A DNA stretch of 62,536 nt, the filler included, from Squatina squatina (taxonomy: Eukaryota): NCBI GenBank assembly GCA_031763465.1. It is 4 parts of 4 records of this genome, joined end to end, with 100 filler letters (N's around TTAATTAATTAA, not from the genome) between each part and the next. Parts side by side here need not be neighbours in the genome. Positions count along the whole stretch, not along the records: positions 29,822 to 43,751 come from JARFOE010000007.1; positions 43,852 to 62,536 come from JARFOE010000004.1; 2 more parts are not named here. The stretch is one strand, 5' to 3'. Shown here one piece after another: positions 36,565 to 48,270 of the stretch; the stretch's first letter is position 1, and each line of letters opens with the position of its first letter. The position numbers and the translations under genes were made by a program. Below the pieces are notes generated by a model, which made no database searches, was not told where the DNA came from, and saw only the letters and a list, made by a program, of their open reading frames with translations.

Positions 36565-37457
36565 NNNNNNNNNNNNNNNNNNNNNNNNNNNNNNNNNNNN
36601 NNNNNNNNNNNNNNNNNNNNNNNNNNNNNNNNNNNNNNNNNNNNNNNNNNNNNNNNNNNNNNNNAGGAGGAAAGTGCAAAAATGCATAGAAGCCGCAGTG
36701 TTGTAAAAAGAATTTGTTTGAGGTGGTTACAGGATGGGTGCCAGATTAAATTCGCCAGTGTTTATATAAAAGCATGGGCTGGCTGATAAAGAATGAAAGT
36801 TTTTAATCAGACAAGGATCAAATAGAAAGGAATCTGGCGAGGTAATTGGAAACAGTCTGTTGTTTATTGCAAAATTGGGGCTGAACTATTGACCCTGTAT
36901 TCCAAAGCTCTATAATTACCTTTAAAAGAAAAACATTTTTTCCTGAAAATACGGTTCCAATTTCTCTCCGTTTACTCGAAGCTCCCTAAAGACTTGATCC
37001 AACGTGTGTTGCTGCACGGATCTGAGCTGGAGCAGATGGGCCCCCTCGCTGTTATAACACTCCGCTCTGTACCAACGCCAACCCGCGTCTCATTTCTATC
37101 TCGCCGTGCAATCTGTCTGAGGAGAGACCTTAGACGCTTGTGCCTTTCGATAACGGCCAGCTTCCTCCATTCAAGGAATTGGCTACGCTGGGGAAATGCG
37201 GGAGAGATCTGCGATGCCTTAAATGCTTTACCCTGCTGGATAAACAGGAATTCATTACAAGTGTGCAGACGGGCACGTTAAAAGGCTTTGCACTTCCTGT
37301 GAAGTGACAGATGTTTACACAGTTCAAGCAATTTCAAGACCTGCTCCAAAAGACCTCNNNNNNNNNNNNNNNNNNNNNNNNNNNNNNNNNNNNNNNNNNN
37401 NNNNNNNNNNNNNNNNNNNNNNNNNNNNNNNNNNNNNNNNNNNNNNNNNNNNNNNNN

Positions 37458-37712
37458 AGATCCCAGGGCACTATTTCAAATAAGAGCAGGGGAGATCTCC
37501 CCAGTGTCCTGGGCCCAATATTTATCCCTCAATCAACATAAAAAAAAACCCAGATTATCTGGGTCATTATCACATTGTTGTTTGTGGGAGCTTGCTGTGC
37601 GCTAATTGATTGCCGCGTTTCCTACATTACAACAGTGACTACACTTCAAAAAGTACTTCAAAGCACTTTGGGATGTCCGGTGGTCGTGAAAGGCCCTATA
37701 GCAAGTCTTTCT
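37458..37712 (+). mobile_element. Deu-domain SINE, 3' half
   Basis: GATCCCAGGGCACTATTTCAAATAAGAGCAGGGGAG...AAGCACTTTGGGATGTCC..GTGAAAGGCCCTATA. Confidence 0.85.
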
Positions 37713-40596
37713 TTCACGTTGGGGAGCAGCGAACATGCCACCCGAGAACTCCAGCACACCTCCGTCACTGGCACTCAGTAAAAAAAAAGGCAGGGAGCTG
37801 GGAAAACAATCTCCTTCAATAAGCACAAAGGACAAGCTGATAAGGAAGCGGTTAATCTCTCATTAGTGAGTGCTCCATTGGCAAGGCTCCGAAGCCATGT
37901 GATGTTTCACCCAACAAACACTTGACAGTTGTAGTGTTAGCCAAAGAACAAAGTGTAGGTACTCAGGGTCAATATTTTCACAGGCAGTAAAGTCCCACCC
38001 ACCCATTAAACAAACACAGCCAGGGCAGAGTTACTCAGTCCTAGTTATGTGTCCCATTACCTAGGCCGCGTCCGTTACTTTTTATATAAAGCAATTGGAG
38101 AACCGCTGGTGAGGCCCACTCCTCAGACTTTACCCCTTTTCGGTTGTCCAGAAACACTGTTCATAAACTCCACCCCCATCCCGTTCCCCGTGACCTCCGA
38201 TATTCTTCGTGTCATTGACATCTCAGTGTTGGATGTGCAAATAGCAAACTCTTTCACTGTTGACTGAGCTAATGTTGACATTTTGTCGCAAACTGCAAAG
38301 TCAATATGATAAAATTAATCGCTGATTGAATTCTCGGCTCATTCTCACAGCCCACTGAGCAGCTCAAAGCACCTGTTAAGCTCCCCGCTGTTTGCATAAG
38401 CGCATTTTTGAGATGATCTGGAANNNNNNNNNNNNNNNNNNNNNNNNNNNNNNNNNNNNNNNNNNNNNNNNNNNNNNNNNNNNNNNNNNNNNNNNNNNNN
38501 NNNNNNNNNNNNNNNNNNNNNNNCAGTAATAGTTATTGCAATAACAGCTCTTTTTCTTCAGATAGCTAATTAACAGTTTCAGAAGGTAGAACAGGGTCTT
38601 CAGGTGTGTCAGTATTTTCAATCTACCAAGTTTGGAAACCACTGCTGCAGTCGAGTGGTTTTACTTCTGGTGATCTGGGAGAATGTCAATTGCTGCTCCT
38701 AACAGCAGTGGTTCAAGTGAGCCTGTATTTGCATTATTGGTAAATTTTTTTATTAATATTGTCGCATTTTAGGCTCTTCCCAGTTCATGCAAGCCTGACG
38801 ACCTACTCATTCCTTCTGCTTCTCCCTCCAAGGGCCCTGGGCTGTAGTTCCGTGAGTGCTGGCCGGTCCTGTGTTAGCGTATTCTGTGTTTGACTCCAGA
38901 CTGAGTGGTAGCACCCTCTTCTGGGCCAAGCTTGATCCAGACGTCAATAGCCAGATGCCCAGGAGCAGTTCCCTTGCCCCACTTGGAATAATATCTGCAG
39001 CCACTCAGAGCACCTGCTCATTGGAAACCAATCAGCTGAAAATAGATCGGATGAGACAAGGGGAGCTCAACAGAAGTGAGACACTAAACGGGATGGGAGG
39101 AGGCAGGAGGAAAGAAAAAGGGATCTATAATATTAAACATAAATGGAGTCTGGCAATTGTCAAAAAAGTAGCCCAACTCATTTCAGGTTTACAAAAGATA
39201 AAAATCAGTATTTCAATATCCAACACTAATTTAACACAGATGGCAGATTATGAATTTAAAATTGCATACAACCAGATATTGGATGCATTCAGTTGGCATT
39301 ATACCAACAATCTGCAGAACAAGAAATGATTCTTCAATGTAAAATTTTGCTTTTAAGCACACTGTTGTTGCATGGACCCAGACCAGGAAATGTGTGGTGC
39401 AGCACAAGGCAGCATGCGGACTTCTCATCCACTGACAGTGCAAACTGAGCCCAAAAACTGTGCACTCCTTTAAAAATAATCTTCAACCACCGAATGCAAC
39501 AGCAGACACTTTCTATCTGCCCAACTTGATGTTGATAGAATCTTAGTCACACATACACCTCTGCATATTATTGTATGAACAATTTTAATCAGAAATGAAT
39601 TTACTACTTGTAGCTTGGATAGTGGAAAATACATGTAACTAAAATACTGACTTACAAACAGACCATTTCAGATTAAAACACATTGAAGCAAAAATCTATT
39701 AGTTTAACTAGTTACCCTGTACAGCTCAAGTAAATTCTAACAAAATTATGTCTTACAAAAAGCTTATGGTACAAGAGTACAGAAAGGTGTTGCCGTGATG
39801 TTGATTTGCATTTACACACATACAAAAAGGGGTTCGTTCTAAAGTGCATCGTCTCAACTGAATAGCAGCAGCTCAAAACACACGTGATGCCAGGGTTTAT
39901 CCAGGGCTGGGTGATCAATGTAATTTTTTTTTTATAAATTAAATACACAGCAGGCATTATCCTATTTAAAAAAAATGAACCAGCAAAAGTGTCACAATAG
40001 GATGCTGTGGTTTAAGAGTAGGATTTCCTACTCACTCATAGGAAACTACAGCCAATCTATAAATGCAAGTTCTTCATTTCGGTGATACTGACCATTTGTT
40101 CAAAAAGTCTCAAAACAAAAGATCATGATTAATCTACATGGGAAAGGTATAAAATGGTATCCACATGTAACAGGAGCAGGGTGCGCTCACACAGTAAAAT
40201 ACATAATTTGTAGGGTGCAATGAAAAGGCACCCGAAATATCAAATATATACAGAAGCCAGCAAAGTTACTATTGCTCCAATTCAAAAAAGGTTTACAGCA
40301 TTGTTGATACCAAGTTCACCCTAATTTTGCATAGCATTATCTACCCGGCAGTGTTTTTAACAACTGTCCAAATATTGCTGGAGGGTTTATTCTGTTGAAG
40401 GAAGTTTGAACATGNNNNNNNNNNNNNNNNNNNNNNNNNNNNNNNNNNNNNNNNNNNNNNNNNNNNNNNNNNNNNNNNNNNNNNNNNNNNNNNNNNNNNN
40501 NNNNNNNNNNNNNNNNNNNNNNNNNNNNNNNNNNNNNNNNNNNNNNNNNNNNNNNNNNNNNNNNNNNNNNNNNNNNNNNNNNNNNNNNNNNNNNNN

Positions 40597-40838
40597 CGGG
40601 GGAACATCCTCTCTGCATCTACCCCTGTCAATCCCCCTCAGAATCATGTTTCAATGAGACCACCTCTCATTCTTCTACACTCCAGGAGTGTAGGCCCAAT
40701 CTACTCAATCTCTCCTCATAGGACAGCCCTCTCATCTCAGGAATCAATCTAGCGAACCTTTGTTGCACTGCCTCTAAAGGGGAGTATATTCTTCCTCAGA
40801 CAAGGTGACCAAAACTGTGCACAGTACTCCAGCTGTGT
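40597..40838 (-). mobile_element. CR1 ORF2 C-terminal fragment
   Basis: Antisense to the SYEERLSRLGLHSWS..MILRGIDRVDAERMFP-type sequence. Confidence 0.8.
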
Positions 40839-41112
40839 CTCATCTTTGACCATCAGCAAAAAAAAAAGGAAGCTTCTGCAGATAGGCCCTTTCTTCCCAG
40901 GGCTTGAACTCTTGAGCTAAACACACAAAGCGTAGGTCATTCTGCAGGCGACCAGAGGAACTAGGGCTGCACCCACTGCAGTAATTTGCTGACTGGAGTT
41001 GCGTTTCAGCAGCAACATACACAATTCACGTCTGGTGACTTGCAAATGTGCTGAGACAATGTGAATAAGATTCCACATGGGAAATAAAAGTAAAGCAGAA
41101 TGGGAGGCGTAC

Positions 41113-41183
41113 TTTGGTTGAGCATGATGCTGATATCCAGGTCCAAAGTTGCTTCCTGCCCTCATTTCAACAGCAACGGAACA
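41113..41183 (-). CDS. Coding exon of an unidentified gene: [24 protein letters not shown]
   Basis: Acceptor TTCTGTTTTTCAG and candidate donor AA|GTACGC. Its phase-0 start matches the phase-0 end of the exon at 41329-41407 across a 145-bp intron. Confidence 0.7.
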
Positions 41184-41328
41184 CTGAAAAACAGAATACC
41201 ACAAGCTGAAATAGCACAGTGTTCGTGGTCTTACTCATTAGCATTGATAACATGCCATCAGAAATTAGCAGAGGAATTGTGGGGAAGTGGTTGCCTTAAT
41301 CTTTAATGTCAAAAATACAGATCCTTAC

Positions 41329-41407
41329 CCTTGTCTCCACATCTGTCCATTCAGATTCTGTAGTCTCCTCTTGTTGAGGGGCTGCTGATTGCGAAGACCT
41401 ACGTTTT
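41329..41407 (-). CDS. Coding exon of the same gene: KRRSSQSAAPQQEETTESEWTDVETR
   Basis: Acceptor CTCTTCATTTATTAG and strong donor AGG|GTAAGG. 79 bp, open frame. Confidence 0.75.
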
Positions 41408-43289
41408 CTAATAAATGAAGAGATAATTTTTTTTTTTATAAAAGCGAGCAACATTCTCCAAGTTTCCACCCACCATGGTAATGTGCTACATATTATCATC
41501 AGGGTAAGGATATAATCAGATGTAACCAATCCTGTGTGGAGCAGTTGCCCACCAAGCTGGCTAGGTCCACTACCTCACGTACTAAGATAATGCAAGTCCT
41601 TCTATTGACTGACAAAGGGAAAGAACTGAAGACTGTGAGAAATAATGGGCCCCTGTACTTGATGCACCCCGAGACCAGTGGAACGAAGCAGAAATTTGAA
41701 AGAACAATCAAGCCAACAGAACAGCTTTTTAAAATCAGACTGATAAAACAAGTCTTAAAGAAGAAGACAATGGTAACTGGGGATTCTGCCCAGACACACA
41801 ACTGTGATGTAAAATCTCACATTCCAGAGGCATTACTCATCGACACGATGAGGTACATAAAGCANNNNNNNNNNNNNNNNNNNNNNNNNNNNNNNNNNNN
41901 NNNNNNNNNNNNNNNNNNNNNNNNNNNNNNNNNNNNNNNNNNNNNNNNNNNNNNNNNNNNNNNNAGGGTAGAAAAGGCTCTTAAATAACCCACATCGACT
42001 GACTCCGCTAACTACACATGGGGGCACTTTTACCGACTGCAGATGAAGGTAGTCACACGGGTTTTCGGAAAGAGTGATTTGATTTCCTGGACACAAACTG
42101 GCTTCAAAGGGGTCACTCAGCCCAACAGAACATAAGAGCCAATTTAACCTACACGAGTGATTCTGTTATCAGCTTAGTTCAAATGCATATTAAATTCATC
42201 AGTTAATAGGTATTTTAACTGTTCCAGTTGGTTTTTCCCTTAAAATCAACACTTGTTATTTTCACTTTATAAGTGATATAAAGTAGCCAAAGTGGTGTCA
42301 ATGTTTAAAATGCTAAAAGTTAACTTGCTCTTTTTAAAGATAAAGTGCTCTGAAACATGAGTGGACAAATGCACGATGCTCATTTTGTATCTTGCTGAGG
42401 ATAAATACAAATATGCACATCAAAACAGTCCTCACTCAAATTACAAATGCGTGCACACTTGCCCAGGACATTCCTAAACATATTACAGATAAAACGTTAT
42501 ACTCCATTCAAAATATACATTTTATGAAGACATGTTATTGGGCATTAAGTGAGTTTACACCATTCTCCCCACAACTAAATCTGTACATACAAATTCAAGT
42601 CAATCTCTCAAAACTCATTTTAAATAAGAAAAAGTGTGAGCAGGTGAATTGATAATTAATAAACACTGCTCTACAACACATACCTATTTGTACCAGTGGG
42701 GGACTCTTGTTTTAGTCTCTCAATATCCGTGAACTGGACTGCCTGCCCACCACCCCTAGTCTTGAACACTTCTCCCTATAAATGAAAAAAAAATGATGCA
42801 CCGATCACCAGCAAGATAACACATTGGCATTTCAAATACTATTTACTACAAGACAAGGTTTGAAAAAAAATACACAATATAAGGCATACATTTAAGAAAA
42901 TTGGATCCAAAACAATTGCCAGTCTCAACACAGAAATCATCAGCACTTTTACCTACAAACTTATTTGAAGTAAAAACTAGAAAGACTATTAACACAAGAA
43001 TAGTTTGGTAAAGTAAGCATTCTAAATTGAAGAATGATAGCATATTAAGCTTTACTGGATTTCTCTGCAATGTTGTTCATTACCTTGATGAGCTGGGTCT
43101 CAATCTCCCCATCTGATGCAAGCTCCTGGTGTGTCAACATGTACTTGTCACACTTAGCCAGAGCTTTTTCATTTGGCACTGCCACTGTGATGGCATTGCA
43201 AGATATCAGTGTGGGGGAGCGGCAATAAATGCACAGATGGATGTGGGCTTGGGATAGGCGGACAGACGTGCCAACTGGTCTTGGAATTA

Positions 43290-43751
43290 CTAGAATCGAG
43301 CTCTAGTTAGGTTATCGCGGACCTCCCTTGCAGCATCCTGGTGCATACCATGTCTCAGGTGTTGCAGCTCGTGGTCCTCCTCCTCCTCTTCCACATGGGA
43401 GTGCTCCTCCTCCTCCTCCTCCTCCTCCTCCTCCTCCTCCTCCTCTCCCTCCTCTTCCTCCTCCTCATACTCCTACTCATGCTGCACAGCTCCGGGAGCC
43501 ACTTCTGCTGGCAAGAGCTGAGCCCCCATGATGGCCAGGTTGTGTAGCATGCAGCACACAACTACAAATAAGGAGACCCGGTCAGGCGAGTACTGGAGGA
43601 CTCCTTCCGATCAGTCCAGACAGCGAAACCACTGCTTAAGCACTGGTCTGCTCTATAATGCTCCTTGTTATTCTTTTGGATATAATGCTCCTTGTTGCCA
43701 CATGGCTCTCATTATACACCTGTTGGGCTGGAATGTTGGGGTTTCGAAGGG
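43290..43751 (-). mobile_element. PIF/Harbinger (HARBI1-like) DDE transposase C-terminal relic with acidic (GAG)n tail
   Basis: LRNPNIPAQQVYNESH / TRSIIEQT / VLKQWFRCLD*SEGVLQYSPDRVSLFVVVCCMLHNLAIM, with frameshifts and an internal duplication of AACAAGGAGCATTATA. Confidence 0.9.
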
Positions 43752-43851
43752 NNNNNNNNNNNNNNNNNNNNNNNNNNNNNNNNNNNNNNNNNNNNTTAAT
43801 TAATTAANNNNNNNNNNNNNNNNNNNNNNNNNNNNNNNNNNNNNNNNNNNN
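43752..43851. other. Artificial scaffold-concatenation linker
   Basis: TTAATTAATTAA at 43796-43807 flanked by N44. Confidence 0.97.
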
Positions 43852-45038
43852 GATGGGCTTTTGTGGGATGGGGGGAGGGGAAGCTTGAATCAGAAATGAC
43901 TGATTTCAGAAATTGACTTGCCAAGTTCACATATTAAAGTGAAGGCAATACCAGAATGGAAACAAAAAGATTAAACGCATTTAAATTATGGAGACGTTAG
44001 TAGTGATGACTGCCTTGAGATATAACATTTTGGTTAACATTTTCAAGACAAATTAATGTAAAAATATTGAGACATCTACAAAGATACCTGCCAAATCTGT
44101 TGGGCTTTGACTAAAGGGAAAATGTCATGTGGAAATATTTTTAAAATGAAATGACAACACCTTTGGCAGATGTCTTTCTGAAACAAACCTGATTTTCTTC
44201 CACCTTTAGAATTCAATGCCCTTCATGGAATAAATGTTCTTTTTAGAGGGAGGGGGCCATTGCATTTATCAACAATGAATGCAAATTCAGATTCCACATA
44301 AATCAAATGTGCTGTAGCTGATAAACTGATCTTTTTAATTAACTGTGACCCAACAGAACCTCCAGTTACAACAACATCACGCCTCACTTCTTTTACTGAT
44401 TCTATATTAATACTTCAGAGATTATGTGCATGTGGGCTGCTGCAATCCAACATATTAGAAAGTTGAATATAAGCAACCACAATTCAGCACAAGCTAGGAG
44501 GTTGATATCAAACAAAGGAAAAGGCTAGCTTTGCCACCAAGCCATATGTGGGCTTTTATCGATGTCTTTTCAGAATGTTTTCTGCCATTATCTTCACCTG
44601 AAGGCACTAACTCGTTCTGGGGTGCAGGTCCATGGGGGGCCAGACTCCATCCAATTCTTGCTCATGTAATGATTAACAATGTGTGCACCCTGACGACATT
44701 GGCAGCCTATTTCGTACACTCCATGTAAAAATCATATCAATCTATACATTCCTATCTATCAATGTATTAAAAATCTTGTGTTTAGTGTGTTGTTTGTCTA
44801 AGTGCCACACTTGCTTTCAGTAACTCATTCTCCTTCACACAATGTTCACAAAAACCCTATTGGTAGAAACCAACATACCCTCTCACTCTGAGCAATGCCA
44901 TGGGAGATCTGACTGTACCTATATAGAATAATAACAAGNNNNNNNNNNNNNNNNNNNNNNNNNNNNNNNNNNNNNNNNNNNNNNNNNNNNNNNNNNNNNN
45001 NNNNNNNNNNNNNNNNNNNNNNNNNNNNNNNNNNNNNN

Positions 45039-45125
45039 CCAAAAGTACTTCATTGGCTGTAAAGCACTTTGAGACGTCTGGTGATCATGAACTATATAAA
45101 TGCAAGTCTTTCTTTCTTTCTTTCT
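45039..45125 (+). mobile_element. SINE/L2-type 3' tail with (CTTT)n
   Basis: AAGTACTTCATTGGCTGTAAAGCACTTTGAGACGTC..TATATAAATGCAAGTCTTTCTTTC. Confidence 0.75.
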
Positions 45126-45502
45126 TTTCCATTTGCAATTTATCCATTAAAAGGAATAGGATCATCTCAGAAATACAGATTGCTTAATCCTCCCCTAAAA
45201 TAAACTGTTTCTAGTGGATAGATTCACTTTTTCAGGACTCAGTTATGGAACCGTATATTTATTCATTTCACCAAATTGTACACAAGGCAAGGAAATGCAC
45301 TGCAGCCCACAAGTATCTGTTTTCTACAATCCCAGCATTCCCAAAACCATACCAAATAATCAGCACATGTAGAAACTTGATGAAACAAAGATTACGTAGA
45401 ATATACAAGATAGAAACAGGCCATTCAGCCCAACTAATGTGCGCTGTTTATACTCCACACGAGTCTCCTCATAGGAGATAGAAAGATTCCTAAGTCACCC
45501 AC

Positions 45503-45781
45503 CATTCACCATCTTTTTGGTATTGGCCAAATTCTCCTCGCTATGTTGCACAGAAAATAATGTGGTTGCTTTGCTGATGGTTGTACTACTTGTGGCAACT
45601 GCTTCTGCTGTAGTGGTGGCTCTCATACGGCTGGTGGGCATGATCACTGTGATGGTGGATGTCACTGCAGGGCCACTGGATGTCACTGTAGTTGTTATAG
45701 TCTTGGAAGCCTGCAAAGTTGACTGCACTGGCAGGGTTTCAGACTCTCGAGACTGTGCAATTGACGGGTCATTGGCTGAAT
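45503..45781 (-). CDS. Internal exon encoding a Ser/Thr-rich mucin-like stalk (93 codons)
   Basis: Acceptor GTGTGTTTCATTTTAG, donor G|GTGGGT, 279 bp, phase 1-1. Peptide SANDPSIAQ..KTITTTVTSSGPAVTSTITV..ATTTAEAVATSSTTISKATT..KKMVN. Confidence 0.7.
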
Positions 45782-47759
45782 CTAAAATGAAACACACAAG
45801 GAGATGCTCAGTTGGTCCAAGAAGTTGATAGTTATATTTTTTTTAAGTTTTCTAGCAAATGCCAAATTCATTTTAATTTAATTAAGTAAAGGTGCAAAGT
45901 ATAGAGCATTTATAAATTACTGCATAGAGTGTACTGCATCAGACATAGTAAACACTGCAGATGGCTCATGCACAAAGAAGAGCTCGGCTAACCATCTTCT
46001 CTGCAGCATTCACCAATAATTTGCCTCTCGTCATTCACTGAACCTGAAGAGGGAGTATGTCTAAAATGCTTGTACAGAAAAGCAAACCATCATCACAGAG
46101 TACAACGGCAAAATTTAAGCCACTGGGAAGGAGCTCAAGCTTAATTTCTGATCAAAGAAGCTTTGGTATTGAAACAATTTGAAAATATCAGCTGCAGTCT
46201 GCTCTGCTGGCATCTCATGCACTGCTGTAAAATTACACACATATGCTGCATCCCTACAAACTTTTAAATAAACAAATCTATTGGGCTTTATTTGCTTATA
46301 GAGTTATGTTTAACCTGAAGGAAATCAATGAAGCTCCTTGTTGTGTTTGTATTCATTGAGCTGCAATAGACTTCATTCCCATGAGAACCAGGCTGATTTC
46401 AAAATGAGGCTTCTTGGTATGGTTGCAGCAAGCCCGAGCAGCAGCTGCTCCTCTGCTACTGTTGCAGTGAGGTGTAGTCCTGCATAGTGATACAGGTCCA
46501 CTCACTTTATCACACTCTGCCTATTACCACAAGATCATTCCAAACTAGTCGCATAATATCAGAGCACTTCTTATCACTCCTATTAGCATTAATTGCTTCA
46601 TCCGAATTACCTAGTAAAGATCAATCTCCTGAGAGGCAATTTACCCCAAACACTCATCTGCATGAGAAAATACAGCAGCTATTACAGGATTGCAAAAGAA
46701 TATACAGTAGTGATTTGAGAGGCCCTTTAGTACTTAGTCTCTACCACAACATAGGGCTCACTTTTCATTGTTAAAATCACTGTCAATGAAATGTAAAATC
46801 ATCACAATGAAAATTATTCACCATAATACAATATTACATTAAGGATTAAGACATTTCATTCAGGTTTGTTCTTCAGTGAATTGGTTGATCTCAATCAGGA
46901 CACTGTTACAGTTCTACAAATGGCTTCATTGTTCCTGGGCTAAGGAGAGGAAAAATAAGACATGGTTCCTGTCTAGAGAATAATATCCAGTGACTCCTGC
47001 TGGAAAGTGTGTGTGAACAGCTGAGGACAGGATTAGGCTCTACTGTGAGGGAGTGTCCCCGGGAGGACCCAGGATTTAACAAAAAGTATAGATTGGCCTC
47101 TTTCCTCAGGAGGTCAAGGAAACTGTGGCCAGGGGAGGGCTGAGGGACTTGGGCAATGACTCCCGCCCCCTCTCACCAGCAGGCACAGGTCAGAGTTTCT
47201 GGCTGATATGGGTAGGCAAGTGCCAGAGATGCGTTCAAAATGGGATTTGGGTCAGTATCAGCAGACGGCCCGATGCACAGCTGATTCCCAGGTCCCTCTG
47301 CTGGTATCTAATCTTTAACCCGATATAATATGCACATGTCTGCAGTTTTTCAGATCTAAACATATAGCACTGCCTTTATCCACATTGGACACCATCTGCC
47401 ACACACAGGCCCATATCCCAATCTTATCCAAATCAGCTTGTANNNNNNNNNNNNNNNNNNNNNNNNNNNNNNNNNNNNNNNNNNNNNNNNNNNNNNNNNN
47501 NNNNNNNNNNNNNNNNNNNNNNNNNNNNNNNNNNNNNNNNNNCTTCATTTTTTTGCACCTAGCAGCTTTTTTGAAGCTGTTGGCTAGCTTTCGGTAGTTT
47601 TCTAGATTGACATGTATGATATTGAAGTTACTGCTAAGTAAAGTGGTTTGCAGGAGATCGCACACAATTTGGGATTATAACTTTAACAAATATTGGACTC
47701 GTGATATGGATCCTTATAGAACAGCAGATTATTTTGGATGGTGAGTTATAAAGGAATCA

Positions 47760-48270
47760 CCACATTATAGGAAAGATGTGATTGCACTGGAGAGGGTACG
47801 AGGTTGTTGCCAGGACTGGAGAATTTTAGCTATGGGAAAAGATTGGATAGGCTGGGATTGTTTTCTTTGGAACGGAGGAGGCTGAGGGGAGACTTAATTG
47901 AGGTGCATAAAATTATGAGGATCCTAGATAGAGTGGATCAGAAGGACCTATTTCCCTTAGCAGAGGGATCAATAACTTGGGGGCATATATTTAAAGTAAC
48001 TGGTAGGAGGATTAATGGGGAGTTGAGGAGAACGTTTTTCACCCAGAGGGTGGTGGGGATCTGGAACTCACTGCCTGCAAGGATGGTAGAGGCAGAAACC
48101 CTCACACCATTTAAAATGTACTTGGATATGCACTTGAAGTGCCATAAACTGCAGGGCTACGGACCAATGGCTGGAAAGTAGGATTCGGCTGGATAGCTCT
48201 TTTTGGGCCGGCACAGACAGGATGGGCAGAATCGTCTCCTTCTGTGCCATAAATTTCTATTATTCTATGA
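47760..48270 (+). mobile_element. 5'-truncated CR1 LINE with intact ORF2 C-terminus and 3' tail
   Basis: ORF 47804-48181 LPGLENFSYGKRLDRLGLFSLERRRLRGDLIEVHKIM..FFTQRVVGIWNSLP, then tail TTCTATTATTCTATGA. Confidence 0.93.

Noticed and set aside
36970-37190. Minus-strand open frame after a pyrimidine-rich CAG
   Set aside because: The peptide is not recognisable and there is no linked exon, so support is insufficient.
43328-43561. Poly-Pro, poly-Leu and poly-Arg ORFs
   Set aside because: Alternative frames of the (CCT)n tract encoding the acidic tail of the Harbinger relic.
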